Below are positions 1-7,620 of a stretch of DNA of 64,000 nucleotides, one piece after another (the stretch's first letter is position 1; each line of letters opens with the position of its first letter). A model generated the notes under the pieces. The model saw nothing but the letters and a program-made list of their open reading frames with translations, was not told the origin of the DNA and searched no databases. The stretch covers positions 18,256-82,255 of IMG/VR virus record IMGVR_UViG_3300037502_002391; one strand, 5' to 3'. The translations under genes and the position numbers were made by a program. Origin of the DNA: a virus.

Positions 1-44
1 AATTGTTTAAGTTTTTGAATAATTTCCATTTTATATTAATTTTA

Positions 45-509
45 TTAAGTTGATAAATTTTCATCAAGTAATCTATAAATTTCTGTTAATATTTGCAAGT
101 CTGCTTTACTAAAAGTACCCTCAATATTGAACAATTCAGATATAAAAGTCTTTATTGCTTTTTTATCGACTCCGGATACTTTATTGTAAAAAATATCAAA
201 ATAAAAAATCTTTAAATACTTGTAATGATTACCATTCTTTTTAAGAATTATATTTTCTTTTTTAAAAGAATCAATAGTTTTTTGCCAACACCAATCAAAA
301 TGTTTCTCATTATCATCCTGGGTGTATTCTATAGCAAAATTATCATTATGCGAATCACCTAGATATGTTTGGCTTATTGTATTATTCAATGAAATCAATA
401 TATCCAAAAATAGGTCAACCTTTTCTCTATTAATATTGTGCATATTAAAATAAGTTTCAAGTTCCTCTTTGGGTATTGGCTCAACTAGCCAGTTAAAAAA
501 ATTCTCCAT
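45..509 (-). CDS. hypothetical phage protein
   Basis: 154-aa ORF with ATG start, co-oriented with neighbours; no motif recognised. Confidence 0.7.
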   Translation of the reverse strand: MENFFNWLVEPIPKEELETYFNMHNINREKVDLFLDILISLNNTISQTYLGDSHNDNFAIEYTQDDNEKHFDWCWQKTIDSFKKENIILKKNGNHYKYLKIFYFDIFYNKVSGVDKKAIKTFISELFNIEGTFSKADLQILTEIYRLLDENLST

Positions 510-560
510 AAATCATTGTCTATGGAGAATTTTAATACAAAAAAAATATAATTGTATATA

Positions 561-1607
561 TTATTGTGTTTTTTGATTATAATTAATTAATTTTTTCATT
601 TTATCAAATTCTTCAACTAGAATTGGATTCCTTTTTGTGCTTTCTTTCATTTTTTTAATGAAATCTGGTCTTTGATCCCCATCTTGTACTATATGTACAT
701 CTTGAGATTTCTGATATGCTCTTTTCTTTTCCCCAGCAAAATAATTATTCTTTCTTTTTTTATTTACATTATTGTTAATATCACTTTTTTCAGTGTTTGC
801 CCATTCAGGATTATTTCCTGTTCTTGAACTTCCCTCAATATTGTCTGTTAACCATTCATCATCTGGGCTAACCTCATCATATGATAAATTCTCCATACCT
901 GGTCCACGACCCAGATTATCAATATATTCTTCTTCTGCTGAATCCATACGATAAGCCTTAACATCAGACTTCTTTAATTGTCCATTTGTCTTTGGAAAAG
1001 TATCTGGATTCTCAACATACTTGCCATTTGAACCATACTTAATATATTCAGACATTTTTTTGCCAACATCCTTTAAATTCTTTTCATTCTCACTTTTTGA
1101 CTTCTTTAATAAAGATTCAACATCAGTTAAACTTTTTGGCTTTTTTGTAAATGTATTCCTTTCTGCTTCATTGATAATATCTTTTATGAATGAAACCAAC
1201 TCATCTTCTGTCATTGCAATAGTACTATGCCCTAAATTAGCTTCACTAGATTCATTAATAATGTTTTCAATAAAAGATACCAATTCTTCTTCTGTCATTT
1301 TGACACTCTTTTTACCTTTCTTCAATAACTTAAAATCTTCAGCATCAATTTTGCCATTCTTGTTTTTGTCAATCTTATGTTGTTTACCAACTAACTTTTC
1401 TTTAACTTCTTTTTTGCCTTTCTTCAATAACTTGAAATCTTCAGCATCAATTTTGCCATTCTTGTTTTTGTCAATCTTATGTTGTTTACCAACCAATTTC
1501 TCATCTATATCTTTCTTCATCTTTTTTTCAAATAACAAATTTGACCTTTTATTAAATTCTTCATTTAATACCTTGTTAACAATTGAATCAATACTATTTT
1601 TATTCAT
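561..1607 (-). CDS. putative head-internal/prohead core protein with duplicated EF-hand-like motif
   Basis: Highly charged 348 aa; 2x EKLVGKQHKIDKNKNGKIDAEDFKLLKKGKK; 2x MTE(E/D)ELVSFIxxIINE; TATTTATA box upstream. Confidence 0.55.
   Translation of the reverse strand: MNKNSIDSIVNKVLNEEFNKRSNLLFEKKMKKDIDEKLVGKQHKIDKNKNGKIDAEDFKLLKKGKKEVKEKLVGKQHKIDKNKNGKIDAEDFKLLKKGKKSVKMTEEELVSFIENIINESSEANLGHSTIAMTEDELVSFIKDIINEAERNTFTKKPKSLTDVESLLKKSKSENEKNLKDVGKKMSEYIKYGSNGKYVENPDTFPKTNGQLKKSDVKAYRMDSAEEEYIDNLGRGPGMENLSYDEVSPDDEWLTDNIEGSSRTGNNPEWANTEKSDINNNVNKKRKNNYFAGEKKRAYQKSQDVHIVQDGDQRPDFIKKMKESTKRNPILVEEFDKMKKLINYNQKTQ
1316..1497. repeat. near-perfect tandem duplication, period 102 bp (34 aa)
   Basis: ttcaataactt(a/g)aaatcttcagcatcaattttgccattcttgtttttgtcaatcttatgttgtttaccaac occurs at ~1321 and ~1423. 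Confidence 0.9.
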
Positions 1608-1620
1608 AATAACTTTTTTA

Positions 1621-1628
1621 TATAAATA
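1621..1628 (-). promoter_or_regulatory. TATTTATA box, candidate phage late promoter
   Basis: 13 nt upstream of ATG at 1607; same 8-mer precedes 8 other structural-type genes. Confidence 0.6.
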
Positions 1629-3002
1629 CTATGATTTATGATTTGTTATAAGGTTTTTGACCTGAGATTCAGTAATATTCCACTTTTTAGCAACATTTTC
1701 AACAATTTTTTCAAATCTATGAGGTGTTCTAATAGCCTCCTCAATACCACCAATGTCAATTGTTTCAAATCCTTTTAACTTATCAAATGCTGGATTTTGC
1801 TCAATAGGGTCTTTCTTTGCTTGTTTCATAACACCCCAGGTAGATGGCTTCATTTTCATATGATTAATAACCAAATATTCAATAACATCAACATTTGTTC
1901 CCTCAAATGATTCAATCCAATCAGCATATTGTTTCACATATTCAGCAGATTTTGCATCATGCCCATATGCTGTTGGTTCACCTGTCTTGGGGTTAATTGC
2001 ATAAGTATCCATCTTTCCCAAGTCATGGAATAAAGCAGCCATAATCATATTTGGATCATCCCCATACTTGTTATAAGCCCTCCTTAATACCAGGATAATG
2101 TGTTTTAATGAATTACCTTCTGGATGCCATTTACTTGGTTGTTTTGCTCCCCATTGGTCAAAAAATAATTTCTTTAAATCTTGTGGCAATGACCTAATAA
2201 GTTCTTGTGCTGTACTTGGAATTTCTCTCTTGTTCATATTTTGTTCAGTTAATTTTAATGCACCAATATCCCCCTGATTACAATATGGGAATTTTAAACA
2301 CTTTTTCTTCACTTGCACAAATTGTCCTCCTGGTATTTGTGTCTTGCTCTTCCCCCTCCAATCTTTCTTTTTCATAGATTTTGCCCACATCCCTGGAACC
2401 TCATAAGACCCCGTAGAAGCAGTTGTAGTTGCTTCCTTGGCTTCTACCTTCCCTTCATTAAATATTGGCTTAAAATTAATTTCTGTCCACTCATTCTCTT
2501 TTATTGGAACACAATTTGGAACCATTTTTCCATTCTTCATTTTTCCCCCAACTCGTCTATATCCTTTCCAACATGCTTCACTCATACTTTCAAGGTTGGG
2601 AAATAATGGTGCAACATAACCACCAGATGAACCTGAACCAGTTGCTTCCTTAGTTTCCATCTTTGCCAATTTTTTGTAATAGTTGGGGTCTTCCCAAAGA
2701 TGGTCTTTTGCAATTTGTCTAGCAATTTTAATACTACTAGTATGTTCTTTCTCAATGTTAACACCTTTGTTTAGTTGTTTTTTCAAGAAAGCAACATAAT
2801 CTGTTGAATCTTTTGTTTTATTGTGTTTTCTTTCAATATCTATTAAAGATATATTTCTTTTTTTTAATTCCATTTTATCATCTTCTTTAATTTCACCATC
2901 ATTAACCATTCTAATGTAATTGAATTGTGCTGGGTATGATTTTGAATTCTTTGAAAATTCACTAGCTATGGTATTAGCAAAAAGTTTATTTGGATCTTCC
3001 AT
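1629..3002 (-). CDS. mosaic putative virion-internal protein: DUF5661-like module, short Cys motifs and an HD-domain phosphohydrolase
   Basis: EKEHT..IARQIAKDHLWEDPNYYKKL (DUF5661-like); QPSKWHPEGNSLKH...ALFHDLGK...YGHD...NHM...D resembles the HD domain of CCA-adding enzymes. Confidence 0.65.
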   Translation of the reverse strand: MEDPNKLFANTIASEFSKNSKSYPAQFNYIRMVNDGEIKEDDKMELKKRNISLIDIERKHNKTKDSTDYVAFLKKQLNKGVNIEKEHTSSIKIARQIAKDHLWEDPNYYKKLAKMETKEATGSGSSGGYVAPLFPNLESMSEACWKGYRRVGGKMKNGKMVPNCVPIKENEWTEINFKPIFNEGKVEAKEATTTASTGSYEVPGMWAKSMKKKDWRGKSKTQIPGGQFVQVKKKCLKFPYCNQGDIGALKLTEQNMNKREIPSTAQELIRSLPQDLKKLFFDQWGAKQPSKWHPEGNSLKHIILVLRRAYNKYGDDPNMIMAALFHDLGKMDTYAINPKTGEPTAYGHDAKSAEYVKQYADWIESFEGTNVDVIEYLVINHMKMKPSTWGVMKQAKKDPIEQNPAFDKLKGFETIDIGGIEEAIRTPHRFEKIVENVAKKWNITESQVKNLITNHKS

Positions 3003-3005
3003 AGG

Positions 3006-3251
3006 TTATGCATTTTTTAATTTTGGTTCCCAATAACTCCTATTCTGCCACATAAATTGATAGAATTCTCTAAACATCTTAACTGTTATATCTTTAACCT
3101 CACCTTCAAACTTGCCTCTCCTAAATTCTTTTTGAAGTTTTTCAATCAACTTATTCTCATATTGAGATAGTGTACTACTTTCAAAGAAATCTTTTATTTC
3201 TTTTCTCATTATAGTTTCAATTTCCTTCTTTTCAGATTGTGTTAATGCCAT
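3006..3251 (-). CDS. hypothetical protein
   Basis: 81-aa ORF; start overlaps the upstream stop (TAATG). Confidence 0.7.
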   Translation of the reverse strand: MALTQSEKKEIETIMRKEIKDFFESSTLSQYENKLIEKLQKEFRRGKFEGEVKDITVKMFREFYQFMWQNRSYWEPKLKNA

Positions 3252-3664
3252 TACTTAAATATTATGGAATATGTAAATCCAAATATTGATAAACCTATTA
3301 GGATTTGATTTATTACATTCTTTGTCTTTTCTTTTTGTAAAAGATTTTTATTGTCAATATAACTATTATTTAAAACCTCATACTTATCATTCTGTACTTT
3401 AATTAATTCTTTATATTTCTGTTCTTTTTCAATATATGAAAATAATAATGAATCTTTTAATGCTAGTTTTCTTGAATTCTCAATAATTAAGTTATTTGTA
3501 GTATTCAATTCATTTCTCACAGAATCATAACGAATCAAATCTTTTGCTATTTCTTTCACAATGCTAATTGGGAAAGTTTTAGTTTGAATTGAATCTGTAT
3601 CTACTTGTGAAGAAACTATCAATGGCAGCCATATTAAAAGTGTCAATAGAAATAACTTTTTCAT
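3251..3664 (-). CDS. signal-peptide/coiled-coil/C-terminal TM protein, possible spanin component
   Basis: MKKLFLLTLLIWLPLIVSSQ signal, coiled coil, hydrophobic C-terminus; overlaps the upstream gene by 86 nt. Confidence 0.45.
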   Translation of the reverse strand: MKKLFLLTLLIWLPLIVSSQVDTDSIQTKTFPISIVKEIAKDLIRYDSVRNELNTTNNLIIENSRKLALKDSLLFSYIEKEQKYKELIKVQNDKYEVLNNSYIDNKNLLQKEKTKNVINQILIGLSIFGFTYSIIFK

Positions 3665-3989
3665 AATAATATCTTCTAATAACTTCTTTTTTGTTGTTTA
3701 TATCTTTTATGTTTTTATCAATTTCAGAAATTTCATTAAAGTACTTATCTATTTTTTCTTCTAAATTTTTTTGACTATCCTCAATTCTTTTATTTGATTT
3801 TTCTAATTCAACAATTTTTTGGTTTGTTTTATCATCCAACTTAACTTTTGGTTCAGATTTCTTATATAGTGTTATTCCAATAAATACTAAAAATATAATT
3901 AATATAATTTTTAATATAGCATTTAAAAAACTATCAAAGTTTCCAGTTAATTTGGTGTTTTCTTCCTTATTGCTAATATTTTTGACCAT
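3579..3989 (-). CDS. N-terminal TM plus coiled-coil protein, possible i-spanin (Rz-like)
   Basis: ILKIILIIFLVFIGITLY TM followed by heptad coiled coil; near amidase-like gene. Confidence 0.45.
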   Translation of the reverse strand: MVKNISNKEENTKLTGNFDSFLNAILKIILIIFLVFIGITLYKKSEPKVKLDDKTNQKIVELEKSNKRIEDSQKNLEEKIDKYFNEISEIDKNIKDINNKKEVIRRYYYEKVISIDTFNMAAIDSFFTSRYRFNSN

Positions 3990-4525
3990 TTTGATTTAAA
4001 CTTTTGATAATATTGTTCTAATTTTGTTATTATATTTAAAAAATCTTCATCAACTTTAACAATATCAGCACTAACATAAACTCCACCATTCTCACCAATC
4101 GTATATAAAAATGTGATATTATCATCAATTAATTTACCACCCCACTCCACATTATTCTTATATAAATGTAATTCATCAAAATCAACAAGATCTGAAACTT
4201 CCTCAACAAATTCATCCATTGTTTCTTGAAAAGTTGATTTATCATCTGTTGTTATACTATCAACTTCTGATCTTGAATCCCCATGTATAACAAATATTCC
4301 TCCAGATATTTTATATTTTTGTTCAAACTCTGTATTTTTATTCACACTGCCTTTGCCATCATCATAGTCATCTCTAACAGTAGCATCATCTTCAACATTT
4401 TTTTTTATCCTACTTGAAATACTATCAATTGTATTTATTCTTGACATATCTGAGGTTTGCTCAAATAACATCTTTGATTTTTTCAATAGAGATTTCATCT
4501 CATCATATCTACTTTCTATTATCAT
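3947..4525 (-). CDS. hypothetical protein
   Basis: 192-aa acidic ORF overlapping both neighbours. Confidence 0.65.
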   Translation of the reverse strand: MIIESRYDEMKSLLKKSKMLFEQTSDMSRINTIDSISSRIKKNVEDDATVRDDYDDGKGSVNKNTEFEQKYKISGGIFVIHGDSRSEVDSITTDDKSTFQETMDEFVEEVSDLVDFDELHLYKNNVEWGGKLIDDNITFLYTIGENGGVYVSADIVKVDEDFLNIITKLEQYYQKFKSKWSKILAIRKKTPN

Positions 4526-5114
4526 TTTCTAATTTTTTTTCAAAAAGTTTTATATCAAAAGATGGTGATATATCTGTGTATGTTTTGTATATGTTACTTC
4601 TGCTTATTATTCCATTAAATTTTTTATCAATATCTGTATTTGTATTATGTCCTATGAATTTTTTTTCTATTTTCATATTTTTACAAATGTATAAACATAA
4701 TAAAGACAATTTATTAATTTGTTCATCTGTATATGTATCCCAAAAGTCATAATCTCTCCACTTTTTATAATATGGTTCACCATTATAAATATCGCCAATC
4801 CAATTATTATTTAACCCAGTATTTTTATTTTTTTCAATCCAACCAAGATTCTCAATTGCTACTACTATTGAATTATAATTCAAAATATCCTTGTTGAAAA
4901 AATTTGAATACTCATCATCATTTAATAAGTTTAATACCTCCCCTTTTTTTGTGATTACATAATTTGGTATTTTATCATAATTACCATTATGCCTATATTT
5001 TAGGGATATTAAGTAATTCTTAATATCCCTAAAAGTATTAATTAACACTATTTTATTTTTAATCTTTTGTTTTCCAGTAGGTTTAAAATCACCATACTTA
5101 ATTATCTCCAGCAT
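4509..5114 (-). CDS. N-acetylmuramoyl-L-alanine amidase (Amidase_2/PGRP-fold)-like protein, Zn ligands apparently degenerate
   Basis: IVLINT...PNYVITKKGEV...NSIVVAIEN...YTDEQINKLSLLC...IGH...TDISPSFD matches Amidase_2 architecture. Confidence 0.65.
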   Translation of the reverse strand: MLEIIKYGDFKPTGKQKIKNKIVLINTFRDIKNYLISLKYRHNGNYDKIPNYVITKKGEVLNLLNDDEYSNFFNKDILNYNSIVVAIENLGWIEKNKNTGLNNNWIGDIYNGEPYYKKWRDYDFWDTYTDEQINKLSLLCLYICKNMKIEKKFIGHNTNTDIDKKFNGIISRSNIYKTYTDISPSFDIKLFEKKLENDNRK

Positions 5115-5985
5115 TCCTTTTTCTATATGTTAATCTATTTAAATCATCAATATTATCATTTAAATCACCCAAATTTAAATTTATCTTTTTTCTTCTTGTG
5201 TTTTTTGGTTTTTGAGTCTCAATTAAATCTTCTTTTAATAAAGTATCTTCCAATAATGTTGGTGTAACTCTTGGCTTATATATTCTTTTTGTTGGTTTTG
5301 GTGAATCAACAAAAGGTGCTAAGTCATCCTTAGATTCAATATCAGTCTTTGATTCCTGTTTAGATTTTGTTAGATTATCAAGATATTCTTCTAACTTATC
5401 TAATTCATCCTGGGTTGGTGTATAAATATTTTTTTGTTTTTCTGCCTCTATTTTACCTGCTTCTATACTTAATTTATCCAACTCATCATCAGTTAATTGT
5501 TGGCTTGGGACCTTAGTTTCTGCATTGTTCTGATCTCTTAATTTTACCAACATATGCAAGAAAGATAAAGATATTATAGGCAATAGACCACCAGAGAATA
5601 AGGCCAAAACCCTTTTATGCCCAATAATATCACCCTCCTCAATAAAATATTGAAAAAACACATTTGATAACTCTACCCAATCTTTAAATTCTTTTGAGTT
5701 TTCATCAATGTATTGATATGAATAAAAGACATTTCCAACTAATTGTATTAGTGTAACAATACCAAAAGGTATATACACATTCTTACCCATATGAACTGAG
5801 ATTGCAGCCAAAGCTGATAAGGCTGCAATCTCAATACCAAAAGATAGATAAATAGCCCAAGTTGAATTATTTGTTAACCCATACCAACTAGTCACATGTG
5901 AAATTGACACAATTGCAACAGTTATAATTGGAACTAAAAATGCAAAATATACTATTTTTTCTAAATTTTTACTAAAAATATTCAT
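5098..5985 (-). CDS. multi-pass membrane protein (about 4 TM) with charged C-terminal tail, possible holin
   Basis: Four hydrophobic segments in the first ~150 aa; directly upstream of the amidase-like gene. Confidence 0.5.
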   Translation of the reverse strand: MNIFSKNLEKIVYFAFLVPIITVAIVSISHVTSWYGLTNNSTWAIYLSFGIEIAALSALAAISVHMGKNVYIPFGIVTLIQLVGNVFYSYQYIDENSKEFKDWVELSNVFFQYFIEEGDIIGHKRVLALFSGGLLPIISLSFLHMLVKLRDQNNAETKVPSQQLTDDELDKLSIEAGKIEAEKQKNIYTPTQDELDKLEEYLDNLTKSKQESKTDIESKDDLAPFVDSPKPTKRIYKPRVTPTLLEDTLLKEDLIETQKPKNTRRKKINLNLGDLNDNIDDLNRLTYRKRNAGDN

Positions 5986-6269
5986 TATCTAAGTTTTTCT
6001 AATTCTAAATCAATTTGAGTTTGTCTATTGACATCTAATATTTTTCTATCTGTTGACTGAATAAATCTTTTTTCAGTTTCTAAACTCATTATCTTCAACT
6101 GTTTGTCTAGTTCTGCCTTAGTGTAAGTTGAATCTTTTATTGCTGTAATTTCTTTTCTTATTTTAACTAACTCTCTATTATCTGAACAACTTCCAAAATA
6201 ATTTAAAGTCAATAAAACAAAAACAATTGTAATAAAATTCTTTTTTAAAAAGTTTCTAAAATTTTCCAT
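5985..6269 (-). CDS. putative lipoprotein/membrane-anchored coiled-coil protein
   Basis: Probable start MENFRNF at 6269; hydrophobic stretch ending NYFGSC (lipobox-like). Confidence 0.5.
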   Translation of the reverse strand: MENFRNFLKKNFITIVFVLLTLNYFGSCSDNRELVKIRKEITAIKDSTYTKAELDKQLKIMSLETEKRFIQSTDRKILDVNRQTQIDLELEKLR

Positions 6270-6288
6270 AAAATTTGTTGTTTTAATT

Positions 6289-7089
6289 TTAAATATAATC
6301 AAATAATACTTTTGACTCATTTCTGAGTTTTTTAAGTGCTTTTTCTTTTATCTGTCTAACTCTCTCCTTTGTTAGGTTGAAATCAACTCCAATTTCTTCT
6401 AATGTTCTAATAGAACCATTGAGACCAAAATAATCTTCAATAATTATTTTTTCTCTATTATCAAGAAGATTCAAAATGTTTAATAACTTTTCTCTTAAAA
6501 TTTGCTTTGTGTTAAAAACATCTTCAGGATTGTCAGCATTATCATTTTTAATTACAGTTAATAGTGTATCACCATCTTCATTTAATGTAGAATCCAGGTC
6601 AATTGTGAATGGTAAATTTGTTAACTTATCTGGTATATTATTGTCAAATTCATTTAAGAATTTCTTAATCTTATGATATTCTTGAACAATATTTACAGGC
6701 AACCGGATTGTTCTAGCATTATCATTTAAACACTCAATTATTGACTGTTTAATCCACCAAACACCATAGGAGATAAACCTCAAATTTTTTGACCAATCAA
6801 ATTTATCAATGGCTTTAAGTAAACCATAATTACCTTCAGCAATCAAATCAGATAAATCCATACCTTGATTTTGATATTGCTTACACACACTAATGACAAA
6901 TCTCAAATTACCTTCAACTAATTCTTTCTTTACTATTTCTTTTTGTGCTTGTGTAGAATTAGAATCTAGCATTATTTTTGCCAATTCCTTTTCTCGTTCA
7001 ATGGTCATAACTTTCAATTTCCTCACATCTTTTAAATATGATGAAATTTCTGATTGATTAATCATTGTAAATGTTTTCTCACTTTTCAT
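6289..7089 (-). CDS. phage-encoded sigma-70 family RNA polymerase sigma factor (Bacteroidota RpoD-like)
   Basis: Region 1.2 YLKDV; region 2 NLRFVISVCKQYQNQG..DLIAEGNYGL..FISYGVWWIKQSI..RTIRLP; region 4 TLEEIG..LTKERVRQIKEKAL. Confidence 0.93.
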   Translation of the reverse strand: MKSEKTFTMINQSEISSYLKDVRKLKVMTIEREKELAKIMLDSNSTQAQKEIVKKELVEGNLRFVISVCKQYQNQGMDLSDLIAEGNYGLLKAIDKFDWSKNLRFISYGVWWIKQSIIECLNDNARTIRLPVNIVQEYHKIKKFLNEFDNNIPDKLTNLPFTIDLDSTLNEDGDTLLTVIKNDNADNPEDVFNTKQILREKLLNILNLLDNREKIIIEDYFGLNGSIRTLEEIGVDFNLTKERVRQIKEKALKKLRNESKVLFDYI

Positions 7090-7576
7090 TTGTGTGTTGT
7101 TTTGAATATTTATCTAATAAACCCCTCTCAATTGTGGTTAATGAAGTTATACCTTTTTTTGAAATCTTTTCTAATATTAAATCTAAATCAGTTTCTGATT
7201 CCCCCTCCCTAATTTGAGAATATATCTTATTTAAATTATCCCCCTTTAATATCCCCAAGAATGGTTTTTTTGATTTTTTAAAATTATCTGGAATGTCATT
7301 TAGACCCAAATCATTAAAATTATCCATAGGGAAGAATGCAGCATAAGTATCTCCCAACTCAACTAATGTAAATCCATAACATAAATGTCCTAAAATACTA
7401 CTAAGGAAAGTGGATAAATCAAGCAATTCAACATCTGATCCAAAAATCATTATTGTAGAATCCCCCACTGTAGTTACAAGTGGTTCTGTATCTGAAACTT
7501 CAGAAAAATCCTCAAAAAATGAATCAATATTAAATTTCTTACTAGCCTGATAGATGGTTAAGTTGTAGTTCTTCAT
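7079..7576 (-). CDS. hypothetical protein with C-terminal DUF6576-like helical motif
   Basis: C-terminal DLDLILEKISKKGITSLTTIERGLL. Confidence 0.55.
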   Translation of the reverse strand: MKNYNLTIYQASKKFNIDSFFEDFSEVSDTEPLVTTVGDSTIMIFGSDVELLDLSTFLSSILGHLCYGFTLVELGDTYAAFFPMDNFNDLGLNDIPDNFKKSKKPFLGILKGDNLNKIYSQIREGESETDLDLILEKISKKGITSLTTIERGLLDKYSKQHTNEK

Positions 7577-7590
7577 TTCTTTTTTTTTTG

Positions 7591-7620
7591 CAAAGATAAG
7601 GTGTTTTTGATTAAATCAAA
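7591..7620 (-). promoter_or_regulatory. Bacteroidota-type sigma-A promoter (-33 TTTG, -7 TATCTTTG)
   Basis: + strand caaagata at 7591-7598 and caaa at 7617-7620 (18-nt spacer); 14 nt upstream of ATG at 7576 through an A-tract leader. Confidence 0.65.

Noticed and set aside
1608-1631. TAG stop of 1629..3002 is in frame with the next gene, hinting at readthrough or TAG recoding
   Set aside because: TAG is a genuine stop for nrdA (after CVSCEA), genes are intact in code 11, and the spacer holds a TATTTATA box; in-frame spacing has a 1-in-3 chance.
772-1641. Plus-strand ORFs overlapping 561..1607, and other short antisense ORFs in the track
   Set aside because: Shadow frames of well-supported minus-strand genes, with no motifs.
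7580-7589. Homopolymer run between promoter and ATG as a phase-variation switch
   Set aside because: It lies downstream of the -7 element, and A-rich leaders are normal for Bacteroidota-type translation initiation.
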